From positions 71,300,001-71,364,000 of the forward strand of contig NC_042997.1 in the NCBI RefSeq assembly GCF_006345805.1: a DNA stretch of 64,000 nucleotides. The letters are read 5' to 3'. The notes under the pieces are model-generated. The model was not told the origin of the DNA and did not search any database. It saw nothing but the letters and a program-made list of their open reading frames with translations. Origin of the DNA: Octopus sinensis (Eukaryota). The position numbers and the translations under genes are program-made. Positions 25,598-38,949 of this stretch are shown here, one piece after another. The number at the start of each line of letters is the position of its first letter. Within the stretch, counting starts at the first letter, position 1.

Positions 25598-25921
25598 GGA
25601 GGTGCAATGGCCCAGTGGTTAGGACAGCGGGCTCGCGGTTTCGATTCCCAGAGCAGGCGTTGTGGGTGTTTATTGAGCGAAAACACCTAAATCTCCCTGC
25701 TGTACGATTAAACCACAACTTTCTCTCACTCTTTCTGTTGTACTTGTATTTCAAAGAGCCAGCCTTGTCACACGCTGTGTCACGCTAAATCTCCCCGAGA
25801 ACTACGTTAAGAAGTACACATGTCTATGAAGTGCTCAGCCACTTGCACGGTAATTTCACGAGCAGGCTGTTCCGTTCATCGGATCAACTGGAACCCTAGT
25901 CGCGGTAAACGACGGAGTGCA
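25598..25921 (+). mobile_element. SINE family 1
   Basis: Homologous to 399-776, with small internal deletions. Confidence 0.85.
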
Positions 25922-26124
25922 ACGATAGGACGTATACTTAGGCACAATATCATACAGTATAACAAAAAGAAATAGCGAAACGTTTGAGACAACAAACGAT
26001 GTAATATAAATGCATGCAGGCAGACAGGCATACATGCATACACTCACAGATATCTATCTATCTATCTCTATATAATATGTGTATAAATACATATATTTAC
26101 GTATATACATACACGCATACAAAC

Positions 26125-26179
<55 letters not shown>

Positions 26180-27036
26180 AAGAGAGAGATAGAGAGAGAG
26201 GGAGAGAAAGAGAGAGAGAGAGAGATGGATAGATGGAAGGATGAATGGATATGTACGAAGTTGTTGAGAAATAGTGGTAGCGTAATAGAAAAAGAAAAAT
26301 ATATTTAATAACTATAGAATGAAAACTGCAAAAATATTTAAAATAAACAAAAATAATCATAGAAAACGATAATCTATTGAATGTAGAAGATAGGACAGGC
26401 TGATTAGAAAGATTCTTTTCATAACGGAAACTTACTCGCGCTCTCATCACTTCATATATTCATATTTTTTCGTTACATCCCTTTTTTTTAATGTTATTTG
26501 TGTATTTATTTATTCATTTATTGTTTCAACAATATTTCTGTAGAAGATTCAGTATTTTCCAGTGACTGAATTACATTCATGGATAAGCAAAGAAAAGATA
26601 AAGAGATGAAGAAAGAAAGAAAAGAAAAGAAAGTTTTTTAAAAAGAAAGAATGTAATAGCCTCGTAGAGAAAATGTAAAAAAATATTCCTAAGAGATAGT
26701 ACTGGCTATCCTAGATGTTTTACGAACAATAGCTTTCTCTATTCGGTTCAAACATTTCAATCATAATGTTTGAGTATTATGTCAGTTTCATAGAAATATA
26801 CAAACCTATAAATAAATGAATGAATAAATACATATGTAAGTAAATAAATAAATAAATAATATATAAATGATAAAGGGCACAGCACAACATTACCCACCAA
26901 GCCACACAATCATTTGAAAACAATAATAACAATATTTATCAGAATAACAATAACAAAACTACGTTAACTTCACAAGCAGCAACATTACAAAGAAGTTACA
27001 GTTTTGCATACTTTTATAGAAACATAAGCAGTGAAT

Positions 27037-27080
<44 letters not shown>

Positions 27081-27229
27081 ACACACACAAACAAACAGAC
27101 ACACACAAACAAACCTCTTTGAAGGAGATCAGTCTGATTACAGTTACAGTTAGCCTTAGAACAGTTAATTTCCTGCATGTTTTATTAGATCTAGACATTG
27201 GTATATATTAAAATCTTAACGCAGAGATA

Positions 27230-27830
27230 ATGTATTATTAACGAGCAACACATTTTCAGATAAAATCACTTTCAACAAAACTGTCAATGATTACAATAAT
27301 GTACTAAGTATAAAGAAAGATCAACTTCTTGATCGGGTACGTTCTCAAGAAACTCAGGAAATACAGAAAGTGCAAAATAGATTTGTTTTCAGTAAGAATG
27401 GTAACAGGAACTTCGTAACTATATGCTTAGTATTAACACGAAGGTACATCTCTGATAACTCCAAGTTTTACAAGCTCTTTAATATAAAAAATTTAAGTAA
27501 AGTCAGTAACAAATTCATGAAGGATACATCTGGTATCATAGTTAATAAGTTTGGATGTTCTAATTAAGTAACCCAGATGAAATTGTACACAGAGTAAAAA
27601 AAAAACAACCCAGACCGGAGGTAAAAAATGGAAGTTATATTGGGAGCATTGGGATCAGTAAAACCTAAAAGAGTCATGTAGCGAAGCACTGCATTTGTGG
27701 GAAAACGATAACAATTTCCTACTGAAATACATTTTACACTTAAGTTTAAAATCAGCAGGAACATAGTCTTTCGTAACTGATGTTGCTTATAAATAAGCGC
27801 AATTCTAATCATTTCTGTTAAAAACTTTTG
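27230..27830 (+). mobile_element. possible very old Penelope-like relic
   Basis: Fragments TFNKTVNDYNNVL and EIVHRVK...SYIGSIG..KT..SH..KHC loosely resemble the PLE thumb and GIY-YIG motifs. Confidence 0.3.
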
Positions 27831-29014
27831 TATTGTCACCTCATTTTTCCTTTAGTCGAGATATATCTCTCGCTGAACTACATTTCCCAGTGTATCTACC
27901 CATATCGATGGCTATATTTTTATACCGCACTGTTCAGATAGACGCCGTAAAAGAAAGTATAATTTTCCGTTGTTTCTTTTCTTTGCTCTTTGCTCTCTGT
28001 TTTTTACCCACATTTTTCACTCTTCTGCTTTTCTCACAATGATTTCGTTTTCCCTAGATCTTACTCAGACTTTCCTGATACGCTTTCTTTCCCAAACACA
28101 CTAGCATGTAACAATCGAGTGACCAGTTGAGTAAAACATTTCCCTTTCTTTAACAGCTAAATAGAATAGTTATACAGACAAATTATCAGTACAACACTCA
28201 TTACATTTACTCAGTTCACTTATTATCAGCGATAAAATACTTCGGTGGCAGCATAATATATTTCGAGTTACAAAAGTTCATGGGCGTAAACATCAGTGGC
28301 CTGATATCATAACTCGACTTGACTCGTCAGCCTAGTAAAGTATCTCCAGCATGATTCGAAACAGCATTCTAGAATTGAATCAACTATATTTTGTCGACTC
28401 TTAAATACTACGTAGCCTCGAAATTTTGATGCCGTATTGTAACGAACAGGGGAAACTCCTTCTCTAACATAAGGGGTACGAAGGATATGAAATCGTACCA
28501 ACATATTTTCTATTTAAATTAATATTCTAACAACTTCTATAATGTACTTAATAAAAAATAGGTCCCTCCATGAACATAGGTCCCTAAACCATCCTCAACT
28601 TAAAGCTGTTCAGGAGGAAAAATTAATTATATGGGTCTCGTCGAATTGAGATGGCCATGGTAGGCTCTAGACAGATCCTTATTTCAGAAATGATATTTTC
28701 ATCCGTTAATTTAGCCTCTTACATGTTTGGTGTGTTTCCTTAGAAAATTAAGGAATGGAAATATTTCGGATAAGTAGTTAAAATCTTACAAAAGTTAGGA
28801 AGAACAGACACTTAAACCTGATTTGCATTGAAGCAGAGAGTGTTAACTCTATACACTCAATAGGTGGGGGGGAAAAGGGAATTTGCTTTCGATGTAATTA
28901 ACCAACACTTTGAATGTAAATATTATTGAATTACTAAATATTACAAATCTTTTTAATTCATTGACGAGAATCAGTAAGGTATGCGATAAAGAGTCTAATA
29001 GGAATATTTGTAGT

Positions 29015-29332
29015 GAGGGCGCGTGGCTTAGTGGTTAGGGCATTCGGCTCATGATCGTAAGGTTGTGAGTTCGATTCCCGGCGACGCGTTGTGTCATTGA
29101 GCAAGACACTTTATTTCACGTTGCTCCAGTCCACTCAGCTGGCAAAAATGAGTTGTACTTGTATTTCAAAGGGTCAGCCTTGTCACTCTCTGTGTCACGC
29201 TGATTATCCCCGAGAACTACGTTAAGGGTACACGTGTCTGTGGAATGCTCAGCCATTTGCACGTTAATTTCACGAGCAAGCTGTTCCGTTGATCGTATCA
29301 GCTGGGACCCTCGTCGTCGTAACCGGCGGAGT
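29015..29332 (+). mobile_element. SINE with a different tRNA head but the family 1 3' half
   Basis: Head is GAGGGCGCGTGGCTTAGTGGTTAGGGC...GAGTTCGATTCCC. From TTGTATTTCAAAGGG onward it matches 25740-25921. Confidence 0.85.
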
Positions 29333-30352
29333 CTTTAAATAGGAATATTTAATAAACATTGATGATCTTGTCAATAATCAATTAAATAATTACTTGTAGA
29401 CAAGGAAGAAATAACTTCATATTCATTAAGAATCTTATGTTTGATTGCGCATTCATACGTATGAGTGTGTGTTTGATTGTGTATGCATGTGTACTTGTGT
29501 ATATGTGCATTTGTGTGCTAGTGTGTGTGTCTGTGCGTGTGTCTGTGAGTGTGTCTTATTTTAAATTTCACTAATTTGTTTATCGAACAAACATGATCAA
29601 AATTTACTTATTCAGAATCAAAACCAACAGTGGGTTGAGTGGAATGGAAAGAAACTGCACAAATATCTGAAATAAAAGTATTTTCAAACTGTTTTATTAA
29701 CTTTTTTATCTCCTAAATCATTTTATAGTCCATTTAAATATCCAATTCATTTTTGTATACATTTCTTTTTTATTTCTCATTCCTGAATTTTGAAGAATTT
29801 CTCATCTGTTGTTTAGAATATAATTAAAATGATACGAATTAATTACTTAAGGCTATTTTTCGAAAATTTGAAAAAAAAAATATATATATAAAAACAAAGA
29901 AAAATATGAGAGTACTCTGCAAGGCAAGGTTTGCGACATTTTCTGTGAATTGTATGTATGAAAAGAAGCCACTTGGAATCGAGAATCAGAGACGTGAAGA
30001 CAAAAGATAATTCGGCTGATAGTCTCTCACCCTTTGTCTTCAATTGCGAAGACGTAATTCGATTTTAAATGCTTTAGTAAGGCTGTCGGTGTTAACACTA
30101 CCTAAACAATTGCTGGTTAAAGCCCTTTAGTAATGAAACTACTTGGATCAGAAGATGTATTGGTGATGGTGTTGGTGGTAGGGTGGTGGTGTCGGAGTGG
30201 TGTGTTGTGGTGTGGGGGTGATGTTGACTGCAGAGGTATACTTTACTGACGTTATTAAGACGGTCTTTCACAAGCAATTTTCTTTTATATTTTTGATAAT
30301 AATAACAAAACTAACATCAATAATAATAGTAATGATAATAATAATAATAATA

Positions 30353-30415
<63 letters not shown>

Positions 30416-30636
30416 ACTAAACTTAATAATAATAATAATAATGAAACAAGAAGAAGAAGAAGAAGAAAGAAGAAGAAGAAGAAGAAGAAGAGAAGAAGAA
30501 GAAGAGAAGAAGAAGAAGAAGAAGAAGAAGAAGAAATAGTGATGATGGATTATAATCCTGGTTATAATCATAAGCATGATCACTTTTTAAATGCGAAATA
30601 TACAGATGACAGTTTGCTTCTCAAAAATGCTATTAT

Positions 30637-30681
30637 ATATTTCAGTATATGCCTTCCGAGAGAAGGCATATGCTGAAATAT
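30637..30681. other. 20-bp-stem hairpin in unique sequence
   Basis: ATATTTCAGTATATGCCTTC-CGAGA-GAAGGCATATGCTGAAATAT: 19 Watson-Crick pairs plus 1 G.U on the plus strand. Confidence 0.8.
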
Positions 30682-30914
30682 TTTGAAGAGAAAAAGTGAG
30701 AATGGTGAGTGTTTTGTATTAAAGACGTGCAGAAGAAGAAAGGAAAGGGGAATGATTAATGATAATTATTATTATGAAAAAAGGGAAAGTATAAAATATT
30801 GTGAAGAAAAGATTGACAGTTACCAATAGGTAAATTAAAAGAAAAACGATTATGATACTCGCACAAACGTACACATATTTAAATACACACACATAAATAT
30901 ACACATACGTACAA

Positions 30915-30945
<31 letters not shown>

Positions 30946-31042
30946 TATATACATTTATATATATATATGCATATATATATATATATACATATACATATAC
31001 CTATACATATAAATATATATTTATATATATATTTATATATAT

Positions 31043-31125
<83 letters not shown>

Positions 31126-31138
31126 ATATAATATATAC

Positions 31139-31188
<50 letters not shown>

Positions 31189-31519
31189 TAATATATATAT
31201 ATATAATATATATATATATAATATATACATATATATATATATATACATATGTATATATATATGTGTAGATACATATAGATAGATATACATATCCATACAC
31301 GCGCGGGCGCGTAAGTGTGTACGTATGTAGGCGTGCGTAAATGTGTTTATGCGTGCGTGCAGGTGTATCTATAATACTTTTATACGGAAAAATTCTAGAT
31401 TGCAATCCAGAAATTGCAATTTCGAATAAGTCTTATACATTGATACATACATATGTTTGTGTTGCATGTATGTACGTACATACTTTCATCTGCATATATG
31501 TATGTACGTACATACTTTC

Positions 31520-32342
31520 ATCTAATGATACATTGCAGTAGAATTGTACTTCTTTTGTCATGTATTTAAAGTTATCAGACAAGGAATGCTGCTCAAGGAG
31601 TTGCTTTCCAAGTCTCATGAAGTTATCAGCCTTATGTACGCACACTTGATCAAGGGATGCACTTAGACACTTGGTGGTTAAAAGATGTTGACGAAGGGAT
31701 ATGATACGACATTCAAAGGCAGTTTGGATCGATGCTAAGCCTCTACCGCCTTGCTTTCGTTTAAGGTAGAGGCGGTCTACGTCACTTTTGATGTGGAAAT
31801 TATGTGTGTTTGTTAGTATATTCCGAGTTTTCACATCAATGCCTCGGATCTCATCAAGCAACCCAAATGTTGGTATGAATACTGGCACTGCAAACAGTGC
31901 CAGGGCTAAAAAGTGTAGTATGCTATTGTTCCCATTGAGAGCTTCCTGGTACATGTTGATAAGATATGGTCGGTAGGAAGTTAGTCTCTTCCAGGTGTTT
32001 TTCTATCTTGAAGTTTCTGGATAATATATCTTGGGTGTAATGCATGGACAATAACGTCTTCGAATTTCTTCCAATCACAGAGCATCTTGATTAAACTCCT
32101 ATTCGCTCCAGATTTTCCTCTAGAAGTCTATCCTCTCGAGAAGGTGATTCTGTGATGTTCATTGCTTCTCCTCTGATGTCTCTGTATGTCTCCTCTGATG
32201 TATCTGTCTGGCTCTGGTAGAGTTTTTGTTCATTGCTTTTCTCTCGGTTATTCTTTTCTGATGTCGGGGTTTTTCACTGACACCTTTTAGCTCCTGCTGG
32301 AGGATAACGAGTTTGCAAGTGAGTATCCTCTTTTTACTTCTC
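31520..32342 (-). mobile_element. (TACA)n-family R4/Dong-like fragment with internal deletion of the RT core
   Basis: 31520-31930 matches 8015-8410 (FAVPVFIPTFGLLD, LYLKRKQGGRGL, AFECRIISLRQH). 31935-32342 encodes pre-RT sequence. The 5' flank is (TACA)n. Confidence 0.85.
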
Positions 32343-32584
32343 ATGTGTGTATGTATGTATGTATGTATGTATGTATGTATGTATGTATGTATGTATGTAT
32401 GTATGTATGTATGTATGTATGTATGTATGTATGTATGTATGTATGTATGTATGTATGTATGTATGTATGTATGTGTGTATGTACGTACGTATGTACATAC
32501 ATATAGATATATATAAATACATATATGTATTTAAGTATACCTTTCTCTCCGTATAAAGTTAAAGTCTATCTTGACCTTACATAT

Positions 32585-32770
32585 CCATTATGCTGGAGGT
32601 TATCTCAGTTTCCGTTTAGATAACGAAGGGTGAACGGCTCTGCTCCGAACAGGATGCCAATCCGCCCATGGCTTGATCCCATTAGCTGTCATCTGTACTC
32701 ATTTTTGTTTGAATGTGCTGGAACAACGTGAAATGAACTGCCTTCCTCGAGGATACAACACGTCAGTCGA
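32585..32770 (-). mobile_element. degenerate SINE body resembling the Nin domain
   Basis: Minus strand GGGCGGATTGGCATCCTGTTCGGAG...GGAAACTGAGATAACCTCCAGC resembles CGATGGACTGGCATCCCGTCCAG...GAAACCGGGATAAGCTCC (recalled, not searched). Confidence 0.4.
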
Positions 32771-32817
32771 ACTTAGCGTGTTATTGTGTACAGATATGCA
32801 TTAGATATGCACCACCG

Positions 32818-32907
<90 letters not shown>

Positions 32908-32908
<1 letters not shown>

Positions 32909-33090
32909 GTTTCTTTATTGGCCACACAGGGCTGCACACAGATGGGACAAGTTACAAGGTAGAGCTTTTCTTTTGGGGGATGAAAAAAACAAAAACAAAA
33001 GAAACAAAAAAAATAGGGGTGGTGTAGGTTTTCGATCAAGAGGGATCGTAAAAGGGAAGAAAAGAACAAAAAATAAATAAATAAATAAAA
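32908..33090 (-). mobile_element. short insertion inside (GATA)n, probable LINE 3' UTR
   Basis: Minus strand ends ...GCAGCCCTGTGTGGCCAATAAAGAAACT followed by (TATC)n. (GATA)n lies on both sides. Confidence 0.5.
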
Positions 33091-33133
33091 TATAGATAGA
33101 TAGACAGATATATAGAGAGATAGACAGACAGAC

Positions 33134-33231
<98 letters not shown>

Positions 33232-33598
33232 ACTCATATACATATGTGCGTGTGTCTACTAAACAGCTGTATCACAGACATAAAGCCCTTCCCGTCGATT
33301 CTACACCATCTAGCCTTAAACTCTACGGTCAAAGGGGACATAACTCTAATTCTTTTTTTTTTTCTTTTTCCTTTCTTTTTCCCTTTTCTTGTAATTCCAC
33401 TTTTTGAACCCACTTTCATTTCCTTTTTTTCTCCTAATTTCTCTTATTCTGTTGTCCTGATTTCTAGTTGTGTTTTAAACCCGCCCTAGATGATATTTTC
33501 AGTATATGAAACTATTAGTGGCCCATAACTCTATACTAGACATATGTGTGTGTATGCGCGCACCGATGCGCGTACGTATACATACATACATACATACA

Positions 33599-33632
<34 letters not shown>

Positions 33633-34185
33633 CATACATACATTCAAGTCTGTATACTTTTGTGTATTTATATTCACACCTGTTAATCCGGTTAGCCTTG
33701 TGTACGACATGACGGCATGGTGATTTATAGACATCCATTTCTTCAACTATTTACTCTTGCTAATTCTGTCTGATTTGCTATTCGTATTGAGATTTAAAGA
33801 ATGAAGATATTTCCGTGGCGGTATTTAAACTTTAATGTTGATCGTTTATTTATGGAACTATTTTTATAGAAGATATTGAATTTACCATCAACGCAAAGCC
33901 ATAGGTATATGAGCAGTGGATGTACTTTTGTTGCATTGACATCTTTAAAATTACCTGGTCTTAACGGCACTTCAATAAGATTTCTACGCCTGCTCAAATT
34001 TCTAATTCCACAGAAATGACAATAAATACTGAATTTATTTGCATTGTCTAATTTCACTTCTTTCTTTAATGCACAAACGTTATCTCCTTATCCTCCTCTT
34101 TCTTTCTCTCCTCTCTCTCACCCTATATGTATTTGAGTGTGTGTGTGTGTGTGCGTGTGTGTGTGTGTGAGTGTGCGTGCGTATA

Positions 34186-34400
34186 TGTGGTCAGGATATT
34201 GCACTTACGATTGCAAGATCAAGGTATCGATTCCCAGACCGGACAGTGCGTCGTCTTGAGCAAAGCACTTCCTTTCACTCTGCTCTGTGATAATTTAGAC
34301 ATCTGACAAGTAGCACACTATGCACCTGGTCAGGCAATTTCAACTTCGAGAATAATTTCGAGAAACCTCTGATCCGATAGTGCTACCGAGAGGCATATAT
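34186..34400 (+). mobile_element. SINE family 4 head and body
   Basis: GTGGTCAGGATATTGCAC...GTATCGATTCCCAGACC; resembles 9428-9700. Confidence 0.5.
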
Positions 34401-34419
34401 AATTTGGTGTAAACTAGAG

Positions 34420-34760
34420 GCATGTAAGTGCCGTCGTTCAGGCCTGCTCGACATGTATGCAGAGAAACAAGATATTCTCTACGAACTCGCCGTGGCCGAG
34501 GAATGTCGACTTGTCACATGCGAAAGCAGTCGTCTGGTTAACTAGACTGAAAACGCTGAATCACTTTGACAATGTCCCCTTCAATGTTTTCAAGTTCCAC
34601 TCGAAACGGTAAATCAAGATGGAGGTGAAATTGCTGTCTCCGGTAAATTTGTTGAACGGTGAATGAAAGTTATGAGAATGGCTCGAGTGAACTGGCCTGC
34701 GTTTAGCATGAGCATGTTGTCTAAGAATAAAGCCTGGTGACAGGACGCTTGCCCTAGCGA
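34420..34760 (+). mobile_element. L1/Tx1-like LINE 3' fragment
   Basis: Aligns by eye with 55780-55990 (TTTTCAAGTTCCAC...GATGGCTCG.GT.A). Confidence 0.55.
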
Positions 34761-35037
34761 TCTAATTGATCATAATTTTGTGAGTGACCCTCTGAAGTCT
34801 CCTTCCTTTTGGAAAACTATTTCTCATTGAATTTTCCTTGCTTTATTTTTGTTATTTTATTGTTTACATACTTTTATGTATCTGCACATTGTAGTTTACT
34901 GTCCAATCCTGCGCTATCCCCAATGTTTTTTAAACCCTTTGTGCTTAAAGAGAATCATCATCATCATCATTATCATCATCACCATCATCATCATCATCAT
35001 CCTCATTATTATTATTATCATCACTATCATCATTATC

Positions 35038-35250
35038 AGGCGGCAAGTTGGCAGAATCGTTACCACGCCAAGCAAAATACTTAGCCGCATTTCGTCCGTC
35101 TTTACGTTCTGAGTTCAAATTCCGCTGAGTTTGACTTTGCTTTTTATCCTTTCGGAGTTGATAAATTAAGCAACAGTGAAACACTGGTGTCGATATAATC
35201 GACTAAGCCTCTCCTCACAAAATTTCAGGCCTTATGCCTTTAGTGGAAAG
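35038..35250 (+). mobile_element. SINE family 2
   Basis: AGGCGGCAAGTTGGCAGAATCGTTA... core ...AAATTTCAGGCCTTATGCC. Confidence 0.85.
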
Positions 35251-35435
35251 GATTATTATTGTTCCAATACAACGCACTTGTAAGATGTTTAGATCGTCAT
35301 TTAGATTGTCTTACGCCATGTGTTCAGTCCCTTTGCGTTCATAAGCATAATGCTTATGTTAGAAATCATTCGCTGTATTAGTGAGGAATGCTGGAATCGG
35401 TTATATGTTCTCCATCCCGTATCTAAATTTTTTAT

Positions 35436-35736
35436 GCGCCCTTTTCAAGCCTAACCAAGCTCATGGGCCCGGTTTCACGGTTTCTGTGGCGCATGTGTTC
35501 CTCCCAGCTGGACGGAACACCAGTCCATCGCAGCTTTACTCAAGAAACAGGAAGAAAGAATGAGAGAAAGTTGGGGCGAAAGAGTACAACAGGGGTCGCC
35601 ACCACCCACTGCTGGAGCCTCGTTGAGCTTTAAGTGTTATCGCTCAATAAACACACACAACGCCCGGTCTGGGAATCGAAATCGCGATCCTCCGACTGCG
35701 AGTCCGCTGCCCTAACCACTGGACCAATGTGCCTCC
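35436..35736 (-). mobile_element. SINE with family 1 head and Nin-like tail, with 11-bp target-site duplication
   Basis: The head matches 640-776. The tail is GCGATGGACTGGTGTTCCGTCCAGC...GAAACCGGGCCC. CCCGTATCTAA occurs at 35416-35426 and 35738-35748. Confidence 0.8.
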
Positions 35737-36115
35737 ACCCGTATCTAATTGCATTCCTTTAAAAACTAAGTTCAAACCTCTCTGTGTTCGATAAAATTAA
35801 TATAGGAACTGCTGGGTCCCATGAATCGATTTAAATCTGTCACTTAAAATGTGTGTTTTGTGGTAAATTTAGAATCATTGTTATCGTTATCCATCTCCAT
35901 CATCAACGTCTTCGTAGCCGTCATCACAATCATGAATTATCATTTGACATCATCATAGTTATCGGTATTGTCGTTACTCATCATTCACTAAACGATATTT
36001 AATGTACACATGTTCTTCTCTACGTATTCTTCCATTCATTACTATATATGTCGCAGCACCTTTTTTCACATTTTTCTTAAATTCACTTCTTCTCCTCACA
36101 TGCTGTGTCTGTATG

Positions 36116-36162
<47 letters not shown>

Positions 36163-36806
36163 TGTGTGTGTGTGTGTGTGTGTATAGTATTCTAATTTTT
36201 TTATATCAGTGTCTTATTGTATGTAGGTAGAGTTCTTATTGTATATAACCATGCTCCACTTCACTTCCTACTGTGTTCGTAGGAATTGGCTTTATTATCT
36301 ATGAGTGATATTTAATCCGATTCAGAAATCTTTCGCTGAGAAACTAAAGGCGAAATATGAAATTAATCTCCATAAATGGTAGAATAATTTGATTCATGGC
36401 CTATAGAAGTCAGATCTGCAGTGAAGGATATTAAACGAATTATAGTACTGAAACAAAACGCGCGAAGACACACACACATTATAAATGTATGCCTATGTAT
36501 ATGCGTATATTTTTAAATATACGTTTAAGGAAGTGCATATACACACATACATGTATGTGTATGCGCACATTTATAAATATACGTTTATAGACATGCATAT
36601 GCACACACAAATGTAACCATACATCTATAATTCTATATGTACATGTGCATAAATGCAACAGCATGTCTCAAATAACAGATACATATATTTCATTGTTAAA
36701 GTTAAGTATAAATTTATCGATGTTGATTTTATTAATTACATTGTTGTGGCTATCCTTAATTGCATACCACAAAACGAAGTGAAAGAAAAAAAATATTATA
36801 ACTATA

Positions 36807-36990
36807 AGACGGCAAGCTAGCAGAATCGTTTGCACGCCAGGCTAAGCGGCCATTCTGAGGTCAAATTCCGCCGAGGTCAAATGTCTCTTTCATCCTTTCA
36901 CGGTCAACAAAATAATTACATGTCAGCTACTGGGGTCGATGTAATTAACTATTCCCTTTTGCGAAAATTTCAAACCTTTAATAGAAAAAA
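36807..36990 (+). mobile_element. SINE family 2 (degenerate)
   Basis: AGACGGCAAGCTAGCAGAATCG...TCTTTCATCCTTTCACGGTC. Confidence 0.7.
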
Positions 36991-37094
36991 TTATTATAAT
37001 TTCGTTCAGTTAATGAGGCTGAGCAGGTATTGAGACTTTAATGGACTAAACAAAGTTATAATTCTCAGTTATCATTACAAGGAAATTTATAATC

Positions 37095-37452
37095 TATTCT
37101 ACTCTAGGCACAATGCCCGAAATTTTTGGGAGGGGCAGTTGATTAGATCGACCCAGTACGCAACTGGTACTTAATTTATAGACCTCAAAAGGATGGAAGT
37201 CAAAGTCGACCTCAGCGGAATTTGAACTCAGAACGGAACGGCAGACGAAATACCTACATTTTTTTTCCTACCCACAAGGGGCTAAACACAGAGAGGACAA
37301 ACAAGGACAGACAAACGGATTAAGTCGATTATATTGACCCCGGTGTGTAACTGGTGCTTATTTAATCAACCCGGAACTCAGAACGTAACGGCAGACGGAG
37401 TACTGCTAAGCATTTTGCCCGGCGTGCTAACGTTTCTGCCAGCTCGCAGCCT
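37095..37452 (-). mobile_element. SINE family 2, duplicated-core form (second core partly deleted)
   Basis: Reverse complement of the 832-1228 structure, including the linker GTTTGTCTGTCCTTGTTTGTCC...GCCCCTTGTGGG. Confidence 0.85.
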
Positions 37453-37674
37453 TATTACAAGGGAGTTTATAAAAAGTTTTGAAACTCAAAGAGAATCATG
37501 AAAATCACGTCTTCAAAATAGTGTTTCAAAGAAAAGGAGATTTTCTGTTCAAATTCGTATATATACACATACAAACATCTGTATTAAAGTATACACATAT
37601 ACATATATCTCTGTGTGTGCAAATATGTATATATGAGTATATGTATATATGCTTATATGTTTATATATATATAT

Positions 37675-37755
<81 letters not shown>

Positions 37756-38949
37756 TATATATAAATGCATACAAGCATATACATGAGTGTATATATATAT
37801 ATATATATGCATACACACATATGCGCGTGTGTGTGCATGTGTGTGTGTGTGTGTGCGAACCAGTGCGCGTGTCTACATTCGTACAAAAACGTAGCCGAAT
37901 ATCTCGTCCGTATCGTATATCTGATTGTTATCGGTAAAGAAAAGGGTCGGATGATTTTGAAGTATTGCTGTGTATTGTAACACGCAAGCCATAATTCATT
38001 CTTTTGAGGGAAACCTTTACATTTCGCTTTTTCTTTAAACCTCAATGCATGGTATATCAGATTCCATTTGATGCTTGGGAGGCAAATAGTCATGTGTTGA
38101 CAGCTTAAATATTTATTAATTGTATAGGACTTTATCCTCTTTTTCCTTACGAAAGATTGAGGACAGAAATGATAAAATGAATTTCGTCCACGATTCTGAA
38201 CCCAAATACTACACGGATCAACTACTCTTCAGAAACCAACAGAGTTTCGTTACTTTTTCTCAGTCTAATAGAAATAAGAGTTTATATTAGTCTACATTAA
38301 GATATGTAAATCTCTCTTTGAGTATGCTGATGGACATCTTCCTATTTGCATCCATTCGCAAACGAGTTGTCTCTCGTGATGGTAACGACCGAATCTGAGG
38401 AAGTGGAATATTTTCCAAAGTAAGTCTACAATGTATCAAATAACGAGCAATTTCTTATTTCACTATATTTGACCTAAAATGAATTATTGAACATTTCAAA
38501 AAGTTTCTAGAGTGCAGATCAATAGTAAAGTGAAATCACTTATTGAAATATAATTCTAGTGAAACAAAATTCTGCTACACTAACGCTGAATAATTTAATA
38601 TCGAATAAACAGTGAATAACGTGAGAATAGTGACCGGTTTAAAGCTGAAATTTATGGAATATAAAATATATTTTCTGGCCCCTTTCTTACGTGTTCAAGG
38701 CTTTATTCATCTGCATTTGGAGCAGGAGAATGAAATTATCTTCAATATTTTTTAAAGTAACCCATAGTTACGCAATGCAAATATCTATCAGATATATTTA
38801 GAATAATTATTTCCTTAGTTCCTAAATTAAGAGCACAGTATTTTTGATAGATTTTTACTATATTCGTGGCAAGGTGCCTATGATAGACTATGGGTCTCGC
38901 ACATATTTTCGCTTTATCTGAATAAACTGAATGTAATTGGAGTTACTAA

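Noticed and set aside
28307-28504. Minus-strand ORF containing IVDSILECCFESC, reminiscent of an insulin/IGF A chain
   Set aside because: The terminal Cys eight residues later is missing, the IVD-to-CC spacing is wrong, and there is no B chain or dibasic site. Likely chance.
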